Source: Eledone cirrhosa (Eukaryota). Taken from it: a DNA stretch of 64,000 nucleotides. Of the stretch, positions 31,517 to 49,884 are shown one piece after another (the stretch's first letter is position 1; every line of letters begins with the position of its first letter). The position numbers were made by a program, and so were the translations under genes. The notes under the pieces were generated by a model. That model had not been told where the DNA came from, did not search any database, and saw nothing but the letters and a program-made list of their open reading frames with translations. Location of the stretch: positions 125,798,001 to 125,862,000 of the forward strand of contig OZ024741.1 of assembly GCA_964016885.1 (NCBI GenBank), given 5' to 3'.

Positions 31517-34500
31517 AATAACTCCCTCTGGTTGAGTAATCTTTGAAGTGTGGTGGCTGCTGGAAAGCTGCCATTACTCATACTTCTCGCCTCCTTCACC
31601 ACCTCTTCTGCGGCTTCGATATAAATACCCCCTCCGCCTCTGTGGTATTTTCTTCGGGGTTATAAGAGGCTTAGCTCTGTTTCTCGACCGTTATATCGCG
31701 TGACTATCTCCCCCTCCGCCTTTTGGGATTCTTTCTCACGTCGTGTAGACGCGTTCTTGAGACTAGTAAAATGAGGTATCCTCTTGATAAGTCGGCAGAC
31801 CTCGCAGGGACTCTATATCTTTATGATGTATTGTTTTTGTTTATGCCACGAAACTACGTAGTCGAGGAATCTAGGAGCAGTTTAGGTATGATACATTTTA
31901 TTACTAATTATATCTAAATGTTTCTTCTCTCTTCATAATGTATTTTTAACTCTGATACTGGTTCAGTCTGGTTCAACCGGATTGGTCTGTCCCGGTCATT
32001 CATTGAGCAACATCGGTGAGGTTGGCACCCTTAACTCACGGTTGGGTGTGGATGCATTCATGTATATGTGTGTGTCCGCATGTATCTGTGTGTTTCTAAA
32101 TATATTGTTAATAACTCCCTCTGGTTGAGTAATCTTTGAAGTGTGGTGGCTGCTGGAAAGCTGCCATTACTCATACTTCTCGCCTCCTTCACCACCTCTT
32201 CTGCGGCTTCGATATAAATACCCCCTCCGCCTCTGTGGTATTTTCTTCGGGGTTATAAGAGGCTTAGCTCTGTTTCTCGACCGTTATATCGCGTGACTAT
32301 CTCCCCCTCCGCCTTTTGGGATTCTTTCTCACGTCGTGTAGACGCGTTCTTGAGACTAGTAAAATGAGGTATCCTCTTGATAAGTCGGCAGACCTCGCAG
32401 GGACTCTATATCTTTATGATGTATTGTTTTTGTTTATGCCACGAAACTACGTAGTCGAGGAATCTAGGAGCAGTTTAGGTATGATACATTTTATTACTAA
32501 TTATATCTAAATGTTTCTTCTCTCTTCATAATGTATTTTTAACTCTGATACTGGTTCAGTCTGGTTCAACCGGATTGGTCTGTCCCGGTCATTCATTGAG
32601 CAACATCGGTGAGGTTGGCACCCTTAACTCACGGTTGGGTGTGGATGCATTCATGTATATGTGTGTGTCCGCATGTATCTGTGTGTTTCTAAATATATTG
32701 TTAATAACTCCCTCTGGTTGAGTAATCTTTGAAGTGTGGTGGCTGCTGGAAAGCTGCCATTACTCATACTTCTCGCCTCCTTCACCACCTCTTCTGCGGC
32801 TTCGATATAAATACACTCTCCGCCTCTGTGGTATTTTCTTCGGGGTTATAAGAGGCTTAGCTCTGTTTCTCGACCGTTATATCGCGTGTCTATCTCCCCC
32901 TCCGCCTTTTGGGATTCTTTCTCACGTCGTGTAGACGCGTTCTTGAGACTAGTAAAATGAGGTATCCTCTTGATAAGTCGGCAGACCTCGCAGGGACTCT
33001 ATATCTTTATGATGTATTGTTTTTGTTTATGCCACGAAACTACGTAGTCGAGGAATCTAGGAGCAGTTTAGGTATGATACATTTTATTACTAATTATATC
33101 TAAATGTTTCTTCTCTCTTCATAATGTATTTTTAACTCTGATACTGGTTCAGTCTGGTTCAACCGGATTGGTCTGTCCCGGTCATTCATTGAGCAACATC
33201 GGTGAGGTTGGCACCCTTAACTCACGGTTGGGTGTGGATGCATTCATGTATATGTGTGTGTCCGCATGTATCTGTGTGTTTCTAAATATATTGTTAATAA
33301 CTCCCTCTGGTTGAGTAATCTTTGAAGTGTAGTGGCTGCTGGAAAGCTGCCATTACTCATACTTCTCGCCTCCTTCACCACCTCTTCTGCGGCTTCGATA
33401 TAAATACCCTCTCCGCCTCTGTGGTATTTTCTTCGGGGTTATAAGAGGCTTAGCTCTGTTTCTCGACCGTTATATCGCGTGTCTATCTCCCCCTCCGCCT
33501 TTTGGGATTCTTTCTCACGTCGTGTAGACGCGTTCTTGAGACTAGTAAAATGAGGTATCCTCTTGATAAGTCGGCAGACCTCGCAGGGACTCTATATCTT
33601 TATGATGTATTGTTTTTGTTTATGCCACGAAACTACGTAGTCGAGGAATCTAGGAGCAGTTTAGGTATGATACATTTTATTACTAATTATATCTAAATGT
33701 TTCTTCTCTCTTCATAATGTATTTTTAACTCTGATACTGGTTCAGTCTGGTTCAACCGGATTGGTCTGTCCCGGTCATTCATTGAGCAACATCGGTGAGG
33801 TTGGCACCCTTAACTCACGGTTGGGTGTGGATGCATTCATGTATATGTGTGTGTCCGCATGTATCTGTGTGTTTCTAAATATATTGTTAATAACTCCCTC
33901 TGGTTGAGTAATCTTTGAAGTGTAGTGGCTGCTGGAAAGCTGCCATTACTCATACTTCTCGCCTCCTTCACCACCTCTTCTGCGGCTTCGATATAAATAC
34001 CCTCTCCGCCTCTGTGGTATTTTCTTCGGGGTTATAAGAGGCTTAGCTCTGTTTCTCGACCGTTATATCGCGTGTCTATCTCCCCCTCCGCCTTTTGGGA
34101 TTCTTTCTCACGTCGTGTAGACGCGTTCTTGAGACTAGTAAAATGAGGTATCCTCTTGATAAGTCGGCAGACCTCGCAGGGACTCTATATCTTTATGATG
34201 TATTGTTTTTGTTTATGCCACGAAACTACGTAGTCGAGGAATCTAGGAGCAGTTTAGGTATGATACATTTTATTACTAATTATATCTAAATGTTTCTTCT
34301 CTCTTCATAATGTATTTTTAACTCTGATACTGGTTCAGTCTGGTTCAACCGGATTGGTCTGTCCCGGTCATTCATTGAGCAACATCGGTGAGGTTGGCAC
34401 CCTTAACTCACGGTTGGGTGTGGATGCATTCATGTATATGTGTGTGTCCGCATGTATCTGTGTGTTTCTAAATATATTGTTAATAACTCCCTCTGGTTGA

Positions 34501-35070
34501 GTAATCTTTGAAGTGTAGTGGCTGCTGGAAAGCTGCCATTACTCATACTTCTCGCCTCCTTCACCACCTCTTCTGCGGCTTCGATATAAATACCCTCTCC
34601 GCCTCTGTGGTATTTTCTTCGGGGTTATAAGAGGCTTAGCTCTGTTTCTCGACCGTTATATCGCGTGTCTATCTCCCCCTCCGCCTTTTGGGATTCTTTC
34701 TCACGTCGTGTAGACGCGTTCTTGAGACTAGTAAAATGAGGTATCCTCTTGATAAGTCGGCAGACCTCGCAGGGACTCTATATCTTTATGATGTATTGTT
34801 TTTGTTTATGCCACGAAACTACGTAGTCGAGGAATCTAGGAGCAGTTTAGGTATGATACATTTTATTACTAATTATATCTAAATGTTTCTTCTCTCTTCA
34901 TAATGTATTTTTAACTCTGATACTGTTTCAGTCTGGTTCAACCGGATTGGTCTGTCCCGGTCATTCATTGAGTAATATCGGTGAGGTTGGCACCCTTAAC
35001 TCACGGTTGGGTGTGGATGCATTCATGTATATGTGTGTGTCCGCATGTATCTGTGTGTTTCTAAATATAT
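31512..35070 (+). repeat. 6 x 593-bp tandem array with one hammerhead per unit (retrozyme-like)
   Basis: Unit marker at 31514, 32107, 32700, 33293, 33886, 34479; units differ by only a few SNPs; flanked by (TA)n. Confidence 0.95.
31779..31868 (+). ncRNA. Type I hammerhead, U3-A8 variant (repeats every 593 bp through 34744-34833)
   Basis: UCCUC-UUGAUAA-GU(c)GGCA..loop..UGCCAC-GAAA-CUACGUAG-UC-GAGGA; predicted cut after C31863. Confidence 0.75.
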
Positions 35071-35105
<35 letters not shown>

Positions 35106-35215
35106 ATATATATGTATATATATCAATGATATTAATAAATGGAAACTATATTTATAAAACTATATTTATTTTATTATATATATTTCAATGGCACCATAAT
35201 CGTCTCTTTCTACCT

Positions 35216-35253
<38 letters not shown>

Positions 35254-35280
35254 TAACTCGTGTGCCGCCTCTCCACATTT

Positions 35281-35351
<71 letters not shown>

Positions 35352-35356
<5 letters not shown>

Positions 35357-36155
35357 GAAATGGGTGGTGGTTGAAATTCAGATGTGCACGGTTAAATGGT
35401 AGTAGACGTGGTCGGACGAATATGAAAATTTACACACCTATGTAAAAAGTGCCAAGGAAGCAAATAGACGAGGTTTCAAATCTCTAACTTGAAAAATGTC
35501 GTCCCTAGGGTCCCCAAACGGTCATTAACTATCGCGTTCGGTGAGTTATTTCCCCCTGTTCTAATACTTGGCTGAGTTATTTACAATTTCATACACATTT
35601 TTAAACTCATCAACGTTCTTTCGCTGTTAACATACAGTACCAATAATTTGAAAAATATTATTGAAAGTTTATTATAAAGAAGCAGTTTCAGGAAAAAGTG
35701 TAAACTATCATACAAACCTTCATAATATGCATTTTTAAACTTGCATATCATCGACATTGCTATTTCGCTGTTAATAAACTATCATCCTTCTACATTTAAC
35801 GATCATACAGTGCCGTTTTATGAAATCGATTCTGCAGTATGGTCACTGTTTTTCATCAAAAGAAATAAAACCCTTAAATTGTGAAGAAGGGACGCGTGTT
35901 TTTATTTTAATTCTAATACATGTTAACCACCACTAACAGTAAGTAGTATTTTTCAAATTACATATAATTGACATTGCTATTTCGTTGTTAATAAACAACG
36001 CTTTTCACGTCGCTCCACTTCTCATTGTACGCCGTGCAAGTGCATATTTCTTTTTTTCCCTGAAACTGCTTCTTTATAATAAACTTTCAATAATATTTTT
36101 CAAATTATTAACTTAATAAAAAGTGGTCCCGGGTGCAACCGGGCTCAGCTGCTAG
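35352..36155 (+). mobile_element. Helitron-like non-autonomous element
   Basis: 3' hairpin cccgggtgcaaccggg followed by CTAG|T; internal ~55-bp inverted repeat (35643-35698 / 36054-36109); 5' end uncertain. Confidence 0.65.
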
Positions 36156-36229
36156 TATATATATATAAATGAAAATAGAGAAATTAATGTGAGCAAGAAG
36201 CCAAGAGTATTTCATAATATATAAGTGAC

Positions 36230-36314
<85 letters not shown>

Positions 36315-36958
36315 CGAAGGAAGTGTAGTAAGGAACCAGAGTCCAGAGTACTCAATACTTAGGGTAGTAGAGTGGGTAATAGGAAAAGGTATAACCCCGA
36401 CGGCAGAGCTCAAGCTGTTTCGACGGGTGGTTTTCTGCTAGCATGTGTAGTGTGTATATTGATATTATACGCAAGTATATATACATGTAGATATGATACA
36501 TCAAATAAAATCGTAATCAGTAACGTAATCCATGATACATTTTAAAAAGACGATATTATATATAAACTGCATTAGTAGAAAATTAGTGACAAAAAATTAG
36601 TATGTTTATTTAAGTGATCGCCACCGGAAGTGTTGACATCACACACTCTCTCTCATTCTATATATATGGTAGTTGAAATGGTGGTGGCAACGATATACCG
36701 GAAGTGCAACTTTGAAAAGAAGTCAATTTTAAATTATTTATTTTTACGAAATTATTTTTGTTTACGAAATTTAGTAGCGATAAAATAAAGTACCAGTAAT
36801 ACACTGCTAAATTGCTGGCCTTGTGCCAAAAGTAGAAACAATTATTTATTCAAAGTAATCCAACTTATTTTACTAACGGGATAAAAAAAAATAAACCGTG
36901 CGCAGTCCCGCAGACCTTCCTTTATTATAGTATATATGTATATATATATATTATAGTA

Positions 36959-37060
<102 letters not shown>

Positions 37061-37070
37061 AACCAGTAAG

Positions 37071-37164
37071 ACCCCGACGGCTGAGCTCAAGCCGTTTCGA
37101 CGGCTAATTCTGGACTAAATGAAAATTTATCCTGGTATTTAAATAGCCGAGCTTCTCAAAGGGT
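37071..37164 (-). ncRNA. Type I hammerhead, U3-A8 variant
   Basis: ACCCU-UUGAGAA-gcuCGGCUA..loop..UAGCCGuc-GAAA-CGGCU-ugagcuc-AGCCG-UC-GGGGU; half-copies at 36394-36427 (-) and ~49552-49568 (+). Confidence 0.8.
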
Positions 37165-37494
37165 AATTCCATATATGGTCAAAGTGATTGTCACAAGGAT
37201 TGGTCACAAGTTAGTAGTAATTCTGTGATGGCAAATTAATGGGGGAAGGGGTAGCTAAACCTGCCAGTAGGAGAAAAGGAGGAGGGGTGGAGTAGACCCA
37301 TTCATGCGTTGGTGGTGCCGGCTACAGCTGGGCGTGAGGTCAAAGAAGATACTAGGGAGGGGGAGGGGGAGGGGGAGGAAGTCGAAACGGTAAGTAGAAC
37401 AATGAAGGGTAAAAATATACTGAGAGTGAAGCGAATAAATGTAAAGAAAAAAAAAAGCAATTTCTACGACCTAAGTCTCTCGCTATTGCTAGGC

Positions 37495-37537
<43 letters not shown>

Positions 37538-38265
37538 ATGAATAAATAGATAAAGAAATAAAAAAATAATAAATAAATAAACTAGGTGGGACGGAATAGG
37601 AAAGGACCCTCTTAAGAGGTATAAGTACGTATATCATACAGTGACGGGTCAACAAAGGGGGGCCAAAATACTAAAGAAACTACCACGAAATAATTAATAA
37701 AGGTTTCTATCCCGGGCACAAGGCCAGCAACCACCCAGTGCAGAAAAGTAAACTAGTACGAAATAATAATTCAGAGTCCCGAAAAAAATATACTAATGCT
37801 AACTCTAAGGGTACCGCCACGCTACAAAAGTTCTTATACAAGCTACATGAAAGTTCATACGAAGTAAAAGTGGAATACGGAAAATTAATTCAGAATCCAC
37901 CCCGCCCAAATATATATATATATATATATAAATTAATAAAAATAATGAATAAAAACAAAGAAACAGTTCCTTATATTAAAAAATTCATCATTTTACGATC
38001 GTTTCTAGGATATATATGTGTGTGTTGTATGTATATCATATAGATCTATGTAAAAGTTTTACAAACTATCAGAGGGAATATACATACCTACACATATATA
38101 TGCTGTTTTTATTCATTATTTTTATTAATTTATCTTGACTCTGTTTTCCTGTGTTTTTCATCGAAAAGATTTTGAATACATCTTCTCTTTTCCTGATATT
38201 TGGATTACATTGAGTTCTTCATACGGATTGGACACTACCGTATATTTTGGTAGATTTATCTACGT

Positions 38266-38346
<81 letters not shown>

Positions 38347-38380
38347 AAAGAATAGAGGTGTAACACACAAGTTATTATAT

Positions 38381-39113
38381 ATTGGTAAACGGAATAGAAA
38401 ATGCTGACAAATTGTTCACAGTTGAAAAATGGTTTAATTAGGAATAAAAGAGTATTAGTGATTGTATGGGTTAGTATTCAGTTGTGGTTTTAAGTTTTTA
38501 AGTTTTTACCGGTTGCGCATTTTTAAATGCTTTTCAAAAATAATTTTGAGATAGAGTGTCCGTGTTGTTTGCTCTGATCTGATTAGTTTTGGGAATTCTA
38601 CCTGTTTTTATGTTAAAAAAGTGGCTCCAGCGTTACTTTGGTGTTGCAAAAATTCTTGTGGTCAAAACAATTTTGATTGGTCGGTAGAGGTCATGTGAAT
38701 GTAAAAAATTGATTTTGCGCCAAGACTGTTTTTATGTTAAAAAAGTGGCTCCAGCGCTAGCCACTTTTTAAACATAAAAACAGTCTTGGCGCAACATCAA
38801 TTTTTTACATTCACATGACCTCTACCGACCAATCAAAATTGTTTTGACCACAAGAATTTTTGCAAATTGGAGCCACTTTTTTAACATAAAAACAGGTAGA
38901 ATTCCAAAAACTAATCAGATCAGAGCAAACAACACGGACACTCTATCTCAAAATTATTTTTGAAAAGCATTTAGAAATGCGCAACCGGTAAAAACTTCAA
39001 AACTTAAAACCACAACTGAATAACCCATACAATCACTAATACTCTTTTATTCCTAATTAAACCATTTTTCAACTGTGAACAATTTGTCAGCATTTTCTAT
39101 TCCGTTTACCAAT
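38381..39113. repeat. ~730-bp near-perfect palindrome of pLTR-like family P-A
   Basis: 38381-38756 mirrors 38759-39113 with almost no spacer. Confidence 0.92.
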
Positions 39114-39446
39114 ATATATATATATATATATATCATAAAACATGTCTATAGAATCACAAGATAAAATATATACTATTTCCTCTCCCAATTAGCATAATTA
39201 ACTAAATAAAAAATCGAATAGACCAGACTATACGAATGAGGCTTCTATGAAGGAATCTCCGACAAATAACCGAAACTAGCGCTTCACGTCGGCCGTAGCG
39301 GAATATTTATCGAATATTTCGACAGCGTAATCGCCTAGATATAGTCAACTAAACAGAATTAGGTTTAAAATAAACTAGGAGAAAATAGAATACATTTAAA
39401 TACCTCTACCATGGTTTCGTCCGTGTTTTGAGTTTTCCAATAATTA

Positions 39447-44618
<5,172 letters not shown>

Positions 44619-44691
44619 AACTTATTTAAAAATTGTATCCCAGTCGTCGGTATTTTTCAACGCATTGTTGATATATACCGTATATATATTG

Positions 44692-44912
<221 letters not shown>

Positions 44913-45254
44913 AGGTTGTCAATCATTGTATGGGACATGACGTCCACTTTGCTTCCCCGCTCCGTGTTGTGGTTTCATATTTGACACTTTTTCTTCAGAT
45001 CTTCTCACTTGTTTGTTCTGATGCCATTTCACAACCAAGTACAACATTTTTGTGTTGCAGCCATAAATAAAAAAAATGTACTCTCCGATACTCTCGAAGT
45101 CCCCAACAACTCTCTTGACATATATTAGGAATAATATGTATATACAAGGTAACAAAATCACTTGTTTCTCGTTTTCCTTTCCTTCTTCATTCTGTTCATC
45201 CTTTCCTTAAAATTTACAATGCCTTTTGCATTTCGGCACCATCCAAACATACCT

Positions 45255-45495
45255 CTTCTTCTTCTTCTTGGGGGTCTTGGAGCAGAGTCCTCAAACACAC
45301 CTTCTACCAGGTCCTATCAGAAGCAGCCGTCTCAAATTGATCCGGCTGGATCCGATCCTCAAGCGAGACAAGCCGAGCTCATGGATGTTATCCAACCATG
45401 TTACTCGAGGTTTACCCCCAGGCCTCCTGCCGGTTGGTTTTGCCCGGAAAATCTGTCCACCGGTTCTTTCCTGAGACATTCTAACCACATATCTA
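45255..45495 (-). pseudogene. RTE-clade LINE 3' end with (GAA)n tail
   Basis: VVRMSQER..IFRAKPTGRRPGGKPRVTWLDNI resembles the RTE C-terminus. Confidence 0.75.
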
Positions 45496-46539
45496 ATTTT
45501 TATATATAACAATGCGTTGAAAAATACCGACGACTGGGATACAATTTTTAAATAAGTTTTAAAAAATGGCATTTATTTACCAAGTCGGGTAGGTAATTAA
45601 TATTCATGATAACAAACGAAACCAACAAAAAATATAATAAAGTGTAATGTGATTTAACTGTCATTAAAATTGTTAAATCAATTTTTCAGAAATATTTAGA
45701 GGAACGGAAACCAAAGACGACAGGATATCGTGTGAAATAGAATATATTTTAATTTGAAGCCAATATAAACACACACACATATATATTTAACACATACACA
45801 CATATACACGTACATACTCTTACACATACCCATATAACACACACATACACATATATATATATATATATATTTAACATATACACACATATACACGTACATA
45901 CTCTTACACATACCCATATAACACACATATCCATATGCACACATACATACACGCAATTACAAACACAAATACACATTTATACATACATACACACACACTA
46001 TCTCCATCTTTGTCGCTCACACACATACATATATACCGACACACACATACTCTCTCTCCCTCTCATATAAATCTACATCCACACTGGAATACACACATAT
46101 GCGCACACATATACAAACATATATACCTACACGCTCATACTCTCTCCCACACATACACCTACACACGCATATGCGCACACATACACACGCACAAATATAT
46201 CCCTACACGCACATACTCTCTCACACACACATACACACACATACGTATACATACGCACATACATAGACAAACGCACGCATACTCACACACACATATACAC
46301 CTACACGTAATCTCACTTATACATACACCTATATACAGACACATACGCACACATACTCACGTATGTACATATACATGCACACACAAACACACACATGCAC
46401 ACTTGTGTCCAATCACCATCTCAGAGCCCACACGCACGCAAACCTCGTGGTGGGCCCTTGAAATTAATCACTGATCTCAATCAGGCGTATGACTACAACA
46501 TGAGATCAACTCAAACGTAAGATATGTATATATATATAT

Positions 46540-47150
46540 ACGGTGGCTGCCAACTCGTTTTCGAGTACGGCCACTACCTTATATCCATGTAGGAGAACCC
46601 CTACCGATGCGTTGAACGAGTGTGACTTTTTACTCCAGCCAGCGACTTGAAAACTCTGGTACAAACATTACACTTGTGACAATTATTGACATATAGTGCT
46701 GGGCCGATGGTACCATGGGACGCAAGTGCAGAGAGATCTCCAGATATAAAGCAATGCCTGTGCTGTGAAGCTTTTATAGTGAGCAAAGGCACTGCACAAA
46801 GCCAGTCCCACTCTCTTAACCAAGATGATATTTACCAAAAAGAAGAACAAGTCAACATCATTAGATACCATCAGGGTTGCAGGTGTTATATCAGAGTTTT
46901 CCTTCTCCTAGAATTCTGCCTTCACAAAGGCTAAGAGGTCATCTCTCCCGGTGATTTTGGATGGCCATTGACTCTTAAGAGCTCCTTTGCCCTTTGACAG
47001 GTTTTGTTTTTAGTCCTGCAGGATGTCCAAAGTCACCCTCCTCACCAAGAAACCTTGGTGGGGTTGTCAGTTTAGTCACCAACGACCCGACCGCGAGACA
47101 GGTTGTACTGGAATACATGTTACCAGTAGCACCAACTGGTGACCTGACAC

Positions 47151-47153
<3 letters not shown>
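46540..47153 (-). mobile_element. Internally deleted RTE-like element (5'UTR-like part plus C-terminal C2H2 finger)
   Basis: CNVCTRVFKSLAGVKSHTRSTH finger at the 3' end; ctaggagaaggaaaactctga motif, recalled from RTE 5'UTRs, lies upstream. Confidence 0.6.
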
Positions 47154-47247
<94 letters not shown>

Positions 47248-47439
47248 CATATATAACTACATACATATATACGCACATTAAAATATTGGTCAATTCTGCT
47301 ATAAAACCTGTCTGGTGTGTATTTTTAATAGTTACATTAAATAGTGTCTTATCAAGTGTGTTTGTGGGTTCAGATATTTTCTCTTTCACTCACTGCCTCG
47401 CTCTCTCTCGCTCTCTCCACCTCTCACTTTTATGTACAA

Positions 47440-47660
47440 ATGGTAGCTCACGCGCTGGCCGCTCCACGATCCCTGTGGACAGAATAGAGAAAGCGTTTCC
47501 CCGGAGGATGGTGAGGGAGACGCGTTGGAAGAGCCATTCCAGCTCACGAGGCTCAAACATGCGGGTAGCCAACTCCATGCCGATGGTGGTGAATAGGGAG
47601 GTGGTCCTAGAGCCAAGGACACCAGAAGTTACCACTGCTACGAGTAAGTTACTTATCATT
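47440..47660 (-). pseudogene. CRE-like non-LTR element, C-terminal restriction-like endonuclease fragment
   Basis: TSGVLG...EPRELEWLFQRVSLTILRGNAFSIL matches the QRxSxxxxRGNA motif. Confidence 0.75.
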
Positions 47661-47949
47661 TTTGGGGGGGTTTTCATCAGAAAGTCCCAAACATGACGAT
47701 TGAGAAATTATGACAAAAGGAATGAATTTACTTAGACTTGAAAGAGTTCAGGTCATAAGAAGGAGGAAAACAATGAGATGGAAGAGAGTTCCAAAGTCTG
47801 GCAGTTTGAGGGGAAAAGCTACGCCCGTTATGTCATGGCTGCTGTTCTCTATATAACAACTAGAATGAACCCAAGAATCGATCAACGATTTGCTATATTT
47901 TGAGAGGGTATGTCTAGAGGAAGGGGCAGTGGTCTTAGCCTTCACAGGG

Positions 47950-48900
47950 CCTCAAAGTCCGGAGAGATGAATGCAGTTGATGTTTTGCTTAAACTGTGGC
48001 ATGTAGATTATTTTTGTAAAGAATTGAGCCGGGAGGAAATTCCACAGACCTAACAATCTAGACAAGAAGAACTGGGTGCAATGGTTAGTGTGGGCTCTGA
48101 AATGGTGGCTGGACACAAGTATGATGAGAGGTGGAGAGAGGGGGTCTGGACACAAGTATGATGGGAGGTGGAGAGAGGGGGTCTGGACACAAGTATGATG
48201 AGAGGTGGAGAGAGGGGGTCTGGACACAAGTATGATGGGAGGTGGAGAGAGGGGGTCTGGACACAAGTATGATGAGAGGTGGAGAGAGGGGGTCTGGACA
48301 CAAGTATGATGGGAGGTGGAGAGAGGGGGTCTGGACACAAGTATGATGGGAGGTGGAGAGAGGGGGTCTGGACACAAGTATGATGGGAGGTGGAGAGAGG
48401 GGGTCTGGACACAAGTATGATGGGAGGTGGAGAGAGGGGGTCTGGACACAAGTATGATGGGAGGTGGAGAGAGGGGGTCTGGACACAAGTATGATGGGAG
48501 GTGGAGAGAGGGGGTCTGGACACAAGTATGATGGGAGGTGGAGAGAGGGGGTCTGGACACAAGTATGATGGGAGGTGGAGAGAGGGGGTCTGGACACAAG
48601 TATGATGGGAGGTGGAGAGAGGGGGTCTGGACACAAGTATGATGAGAGGTGGAGAGAGGGGGTCTGGACACAAGTATGATGAGAGGTGGAGAGAGGGGGT
48701 CTGGACACAAGTATGATGGGAGGTGAACACAACTTAAGTTATGATAAGTGGAGAAACAAGTAATTTGGGATTGCTCAAGTGGACGTAGCATGAGACCAGC
48801 AGGTTTAGAATAGCAAAGAACATTGTAGTATCTGTAGACAGGAAAGAAGAGGGAGACCGCAACTCTTTTGGTCAGAGGCCGGAGAGTGTCAGTGAGTGAC
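47950..48900 (-). pseudogene. CR1/L2-type LINE 3' fragment split by a minisatellite
   Basis: YRYYN..C on one side and FFLSRLLGLWNFLP...FKQNIN on the other side of the array. Confidence 0.7.
48109..48725. repeat. 37-bp G-rich minisatellite, ~16.7 copies
   Basis: GGACACAAGTATGATG(G/A)GAGGTGGAGAGAGGGGGTCT. Confidence 0.97.
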
Positions 48901-49514
48901 TGATTGGCTTTTCCGTTTGCTGTCTAGGATGGCAACACCGTCCTAGATATGAGAGCAGTACTCCATTCTGGGTCTCACTTGGAAAGTTCATTAATTTGAA
49001 GAAATTATTTCGCAATAGAAGAGAATACTAGCTTTTGAGTATGACCGTTTAGGGGGTTCTTTGGATGTGGAATGTAGTATTCGGAATATATATGTTAGGA
49101 GAGGAGCGTGGGGAGGATCTTTCTTTTAAATCCGTATAGGTATGGAAGTGGTAAGGTTGAAGATCAGCTTCTTCGCTGTATTTTCAGAGGAAGCTGGGGT
49201 AGCTAAAACATTCACGCGTTTCAAAATACAAGAGGTCCTTTTTTAGGGGATAAGTGAGAAGCCATAAGCAATTTAACGACCGAAGTTATCATTCATAAAT
49301 AAGACAGCTGAAAGCCTGATTTGCGTGCTAAGTCCTGGAACAGCAGTTTCAGAGGTTTAGTTGACCGTATCAACTCCAAGTATTTATTTCGTCGACCTTT
49401 ACGTTAACGAAGGTAAACAGCACCGGTTGTTAAAATGGTGTAAATGTAAACACACGCACACATACATATATATATATATATATATACATACACATATACA
49501 TATATACATACATT

Positions 49515-49549
<35 letters not shown>

Positions 49550-49884
49550 CGTGAGCTCAGCCATCGGGCACTACCTTTTAATTATACATACATTCTACTT
49601 TCCCAAGTATCTAGTACTTAGCTGAATATAGTTTTAGTAGTCTAACCGGTAACTCCTAATCTATCTATCTATCTATCTATCTTGATAGAGTAAGACACGC
49701 TTCGCATCGGCTCCGCTATTCCATCGGGATTTACCCTTACTATTGTAAGTACCGGATAAATTGTTTAGTGCAACACATTTGGAACACTAACCCCTGTTAT
49801 TTAGGGAAACATTTTTGCATTTACCCCCTTTTTAGGGGGTAAAATAAATATCTATTTTTGCCGAAAAATTTCTTTCTTGGCAGC

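Noticed and set aside
31723-34882. Identical 64-aa ORF repeated six times
   Set aside because: TTG start and no recognisable domain; identity reflects recent tandem duplication, and the ORF overlaps the ribozyme motif
45510-45620. Further hammerhead starting at TTGAAAA
   Set aside because: No correctly placed GAAA or stem I partner
47952-48791. 279-aa Pro/Cys/His repeat protein
   Set aside because: Read-through of the 37-bp minisatellite into a LINE relic
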